64,000 nt of DNA, from contig JBHLKM010000001.1 of NCBI GenBank assembly GCA_048886685.1, forward strand, positions 358,623-422,622. The letters are read 5' to 3'. This stretch comes from Candidatus Hodarchaeota archaeon (GTDB taxonomy: Archaea > Asgardarchaeota > Lokiarchaeia > Sigyniarchaeales > SOKP01). This document shows, piece after piece, positions 60,345-64,000 of this stretch. Position 1 is the stretch's first letter. Each line of letters opens with the position of its first letter. The notes under the pieces are model-generated. The model had not been told where the DNA came from. It searched no databases and saw only the letters and a program-made list of their open reading frames with translations. Made by a program: the position numbers and the translations under genes.

Positions 60345-60633
60345 AACACCTTAAACCATATTTTTTATTTAATTTTGTTTTTATTTCATAATCCTAATAT
60401 TAAATTAATATTTTAAATGCTTAAGTTTTAAGGGAGCTTTAAGGTTGTAAATATTCGATGAAAATAACTGGACTAGGATGATCTACGAGAAGTAGGAATG
60501 ATAACTTATAGTTACTTTGAGGATTATAAAAACCTTAACTCCCCTAAATAAACTTTACTAGATTTAAATAAAATATAAAAATATTCCTTCATTACACTTG
60601 TATAATTTTATAATTTATTGAAGTGAGTAAAGA

Positions 60634-60819
60634 ACGGGTTTATATAATAGAATAAAAGATAGCTTGCCCGAGCAATTTTCAATTTTTCAACTAATGAGTG
60701 TATTAGGAATAGATGCTTCAGAAGTAAGAAAAGTTAGAAATTTATTAAATCAATTTGTTTTGTATGGATATATTAAACGAATTTCAAAAAATATGTACCA
60801 GAAAATTGAAAATAAATAA
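60634..60819 (+). CDS. small winged-helix protein (not in ORF track); probable ACG start, alternative TTG 60664
   Basis: (M)GLYNRIKDSLPEQFSIFQLMSVLGIDASEVRKVRNLLNQFVLYGYIKRISKNMYQKIENK; wHTH pattern with GYIKRIS..Y wing; AGTGA SD-like element upstream. Confidence 0.55.
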   Translation, partial: TGLYNRIKDSLPEQFSIFQLMSVLGIDASEVRKVRNLLNQFVLYGYIKRISKNMYQKIENK

Positions 60820-60830
60820 TATATTAAAAA

Positions 60831-61442
60831 TTAATTACTTATTTCTATATTTACTATTAGCTGAGGGAATATATATTTAATTAGTTGGCTGAATGAATCC
60901 AACACTCCTTCTCCTTTTATTGCAACTGTTTTTTTCAAGGATAGTTGTTTAAATTTCGCATATTCAATGCAAGAGATAAAATCAGCTTCTTCGACCCTAT
61001 TCATTTCAGATAAATCATATTTATTTAATGATATGACAATAGGGATATTATATATCTCATGACCAAATAATGTTCCTAATTCATTCCATGACCTTAAATT
61101 ATGTTCTAAACACTCCTTTTGGGAATCAACTACAAATATTATTCCATCTACTCCATTTAAAGTCGCTGGTCTTGTGCTGGCATAAAAATCTTGACCTGTT
61201 GCGGAATAAACTAGAAATTTTAAGTTCCATTTAGCTCCCTTAAACTTTAGGACACCAAAATCAAAAAATAGGGTTCGGCCTACTGTACTCTCAATAGACT
61301 TCAATGAGTTTTCTTTATTAAAACAAGAAAAAAGAAATTTCACTGAAGTTGTCTTTCCTGACATTGCAGGTCCATAATATACAATCTTAACCTGTAAGGT
61401 TTTATTTTCAAAGTTAAAAATCATGTTTAATTCTAACCCCAC
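60831..61442 (-). CDS. MglA-like small GTPase
   Basis: KIVYYGPAMSGKTT, GRTLFFD, SATGQ, NKYD. Confidence 0.92.
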   Translation of the reverse strand: MGLELNMIFNFENKTLQVKIVYYGPAMSGKTTSVKFLFSCFNKENSLKSIESTVGRTLFFDFGVLKFKGAKWNLKFLVYSATGQDFYASTRPATLNGVDGIIFVVDSQKECLEHNLRSWNELGTLFGHEIYNIPIVISLNKYDLSEMNRVEEADFISCIEYAKFKQLSLKKTVAIKGEGVLDSFSQLIKYIFPQLIVNIEISN

Positions 61443-62329
61443 AGTGATACAATTTTATCACCCATAAATGATTTTTTACCATCTTCGATTAAATCTGAAA
61501 AATCCTCACCCCACTCCTTACTTATAAATGATATAATCCTCTCAATTGGGGCTTCTTCATAATCTATTGTTTCTAGTAAAGTTTTACTTCCAATTTTTGT
61601 ATAGATTTCAATATTGCTCAATAAATTTAATCTAGATAATATGAAAAAAGCTCTTTTGGAACCAGAATAGAAATTTTGTATTTCTCTTTTGAATATATTT
61701 TTTTTCAACTCACTTTTTTCAACTTCAAAATCCAAAAGCGTTTTTATTAATTCTTTATCAAGATCATTTGAAGTAATTTTATCGTTCAAAACGCGCTTCA
61801 TTTTAATTATTGATTTTTCAGTGTCTTGTGAGATTTTTTTGAATATATTTTCTTCAAGGGTTAAATCAACTGATTTTAAACTCATTTGTTCTAGATCTAT
61901 AGAAAAATTATTAGAAAAGAAAGAAATGTATAAAACAACTTTAGCTTTTTTGCTAATAAAATCTTTTAATTTAAGTAATTCGTCTTTTTGTCTTGGCTTT
62001 ACTATACCAATAAGCCAAGAATCAATATTTTTAAAAGTATTCAAAGCCTTAATAGCAACATTGCAAGGACATCTGATATGAGCTCTTTGATAATTATAAT
62101 CTATATTTTCATTTGAAATTAAATCTTCATATTCAGCTATAGATACAAAATCTGTGTAGAAAACATAATCCCTTCTAAAATGAACAAGTTCAGATAATTC
62201 AATCAAAAAGCTGTTTATTTTCTCTGAATCATTTCCAAATACGATTATTGGAATTCTGTCAAGTAAACAGTATAAAATTAAGGAGATGTAATGTCTTTTG
62301 AATTTATCTAAGATCTTGAAAAAATTCAT
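61433..62329 (-). CDS. cDENN/folliculin-C-terminal-like protein
   Basis: LILYCLLDRIPIIVFGNDSEKINSFLIELSELV resembles the cDENN helix-strand-helix start; between roadblock and GTPase genes. Confidence 0.55.
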   Translation of the reverse strand: MNFFKILDKFKRHYISLILYCLLDRIPIIVFGNDSEKINSFLIELSELVHFRRDYVFYTDFVSIAEYEDLISNENIDYNYQRAHIRCPCNVAIKALNTFKNIDSWLIGIVKPRQKDELLKLKDFISKKAKVVLYISFFSNNFSIDLEQMSLKSVDLTLEENIFKKISQDTEKSIIKMKRVLNDKITSNDLDKELIKTLLDFEVEKSELKKNIFKREIQNFYSGSKRAFFILSRLNLLSNIEIYTKIGSKTLLETIDYEEAPIERIISFISKEWGEDFSDLIEDGKKSFMGDKIVSLWG

Positions 62330-62342
62330 TTTTTCCTCACGA

Positions 62343-63353
62343 TTACTTTATCACTAATTCTCCTAACATCCTTTTTATATCAAATGTTTGGATATCTTGA
62401 ATTTCGGATGCTTCCTTAATAAGATTACTAATCTTTTTTGTAAATTGCGGAAGAATTAATCTTATAAGCCCTAATTTTTGCCTCGCTTTTCCAATAACAG
62501 CGCTGAAGATCGATTTTCCCAATCCCTCGATGAATTGAAAAGAATTCTGGCAGTCGAGTAAGATACTCTCAGCATGCATTTTTTTTAACAACCATGCACA
62601 TCGATTGGCTGTTTGAAAGAGAGAATAACTCATAGCAGATGTTTTATCTAAGATTTCTGTATTTATTTCCATTTTTTTTAGTAATTTAGAAGCGATAAAA
62701 CCTCCTTCAATAGTTATAAATGCATACTTTAAATCATGTATAGTCATAGAAATATTATTCAAGGCTTTTTGTAATTCCAATGATATAGATTTTGAGAAAC
62801 TTAACGAAAATGGAGATAATTTAAAATTTAACTGCTCATTTTCTTTAACACTGAACCCTTCTATTATATTTTGAATCTTTTGGCTATTAAATTGAATTAA
62901 AGGGGGTTTAAAAGTTTCTCCTGATGTTATTAAGCTTGTTTTGATTTTTCTTAAACATTCACTAGTTTGGAGGAAAATTCCACCCAAATTAATATTTGGT
63001 TGAGCAGTAATAGCTATAAAAAATTCATGCTTATCATCTAAAATGCCTTGTACTTCTAAAATCCTATTTAGTGAGTTGTGTACTGGACTATTTAATGGTG
63101 CGATCAAAATTTTTGCCTTCTTACCCTCTATCAATATATATTTTAAATCTCTAGGATGTAAATGGATACCTACGTTGAAAATTGCGCTTGTAGCGGAACT
63201 CACGTTGAATATTTCATCCTTAGAAAACCAAACACCTGTTGATTGAATAGGATTTCCGTCTCTTTGAGTTAAAACAGCATTTTCTACACCCTTAATTTGT
63301 TTAATTTGGTCCAAATGGATTCCGATTTTTTCATTGAGCTGCATATTAAACAA
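62343..63353 (-). CDS. tandem double roadblock/MglB-like protein
   Basis: GVENAVLTQRDGNPI...SSATSAIF...ILIEG and YAFITIEGGFIAS...SAMSYSLF...ILLD: two roadblock repeats. Confidence 0.8.
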   Translation of the reverse strand: MFNMQLNEKIGIHLDQIKQIKGVENAVLTQRDGNPIQSTGVWFSKDEIFNVSSATSAIFNVGIHLHPRDLKYILIEGKKAKILIAPLNSPVHNSLNRILEVQGILDDKHEFFIAITAQPNINLGGIFLQTSECLRKIKTSLITSGETFKPPLIQFNSQKIQNIIEGFSVKENEQLNFKLSPFSLSFSKSISLELQKALNNISMTIHDLKYAFITIEGGFIASKLLKKMEINTEILDKTSAMSYSLFQTANRCAWLLKKMHAESILLDCQNSFQFIEGLGKSIFSAVIGKARQKLGLIRLILPQFTKKISNLIKEASEIQDIQTFDIKRMLGELVIK

Positions 63354-63681
63354 AATGTTCTATTTTTGAATTGATATCATTTTATTTTAAAAGGGATTTT
63401 TAAACTACGAAAATTTAATAACCTAAACTTGAACCTACTAAGAAAAACAAAAAAATTTAAAATATATCTTGCCTTTATTATATAATAGCAAATCGTATCT
63501 TTACCGGTGTAAGCTTGGATTACGGTAAACATCCGTTAAATGAAGAGTTTTCTCACAGATGCGGTATAAAAAATGTAGTTATATTCTAATTATATAACTG
63601 AAGAAAGTTTAATTAAGATCCCCAATTAAGTTAGAATTCCAAATTCTAAGACTAGCTTTGTGATACACTTCACAATTTATT

Positions 63682-64000
<319 letters not shown>

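Noticed and set aside
1857-63246. Many 60-130 aa ORFs overlapping or antisense to real genes (e.g. 2524-2805, 2972-3313, 14437-14817, 21107-21427, 42799-43125, 61689-62081)
   Set aside because: They overlap well-supported genes and have the F/S/I/L-rich composition expected from shadows of AT-rich coding DNA
63500-63529. TTTACCG/CGGTAAA hairpin upstream of 16S
   Set aside because: Most simply part of the rRNA leader; not a separate feature

Overview
AT-rich archaeal chromosome segment whose gene content points to an Asgard archaeon of the Lokiarchaeia type: archaeal 16S rRNA start, class I LysRS, Cdc6/Orc1, two TFBs, roadblock, V4R, DENN/longin-like proteins and MglA-like small GTPases. It is mostly core information-processing genes (rpl15e, rpl3-rpl4-rpl23, rps17e, RNase P Pop5/Rpp30, RqcH, ABCE1, TgtA, Trm5, three tRNAs, start of 16S) mixed with eukaryotic-signature-like proteins and scattered Tad/type IV pilus genes. 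No CRISPR array or intact mobile element is seen. The main unannotated signals are: (1) an 18-codon leader ORF with five Trp codons (MTLAKNLAWCWQWPWRWR), alternative hairpins and a U-tract directly upstream of trpB2, a candidate ribosome-dependent tryptophan attenuator in an Asgard archaeon; (2) two inverted ORB boxes flanking an AT-rich tract at 38.5-38.7 kb, a candidate replication origin about 15 kb from cdc6; (3) a box C/D guide RNA whose D guide predicts methylation of the 23S P-loop G2251 equivalent; (4) two tRNAs with BHB introns in the D-loop; (5) a double-roadblock/cDENN/small-GTPase operon plus a folliculin-like longin protein carrying an ARG motif; (6) several genes that seem to start at near-cognate codons (ATA/ATT/ACG). 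All family calls come from motif recognition by eye, not database searches.
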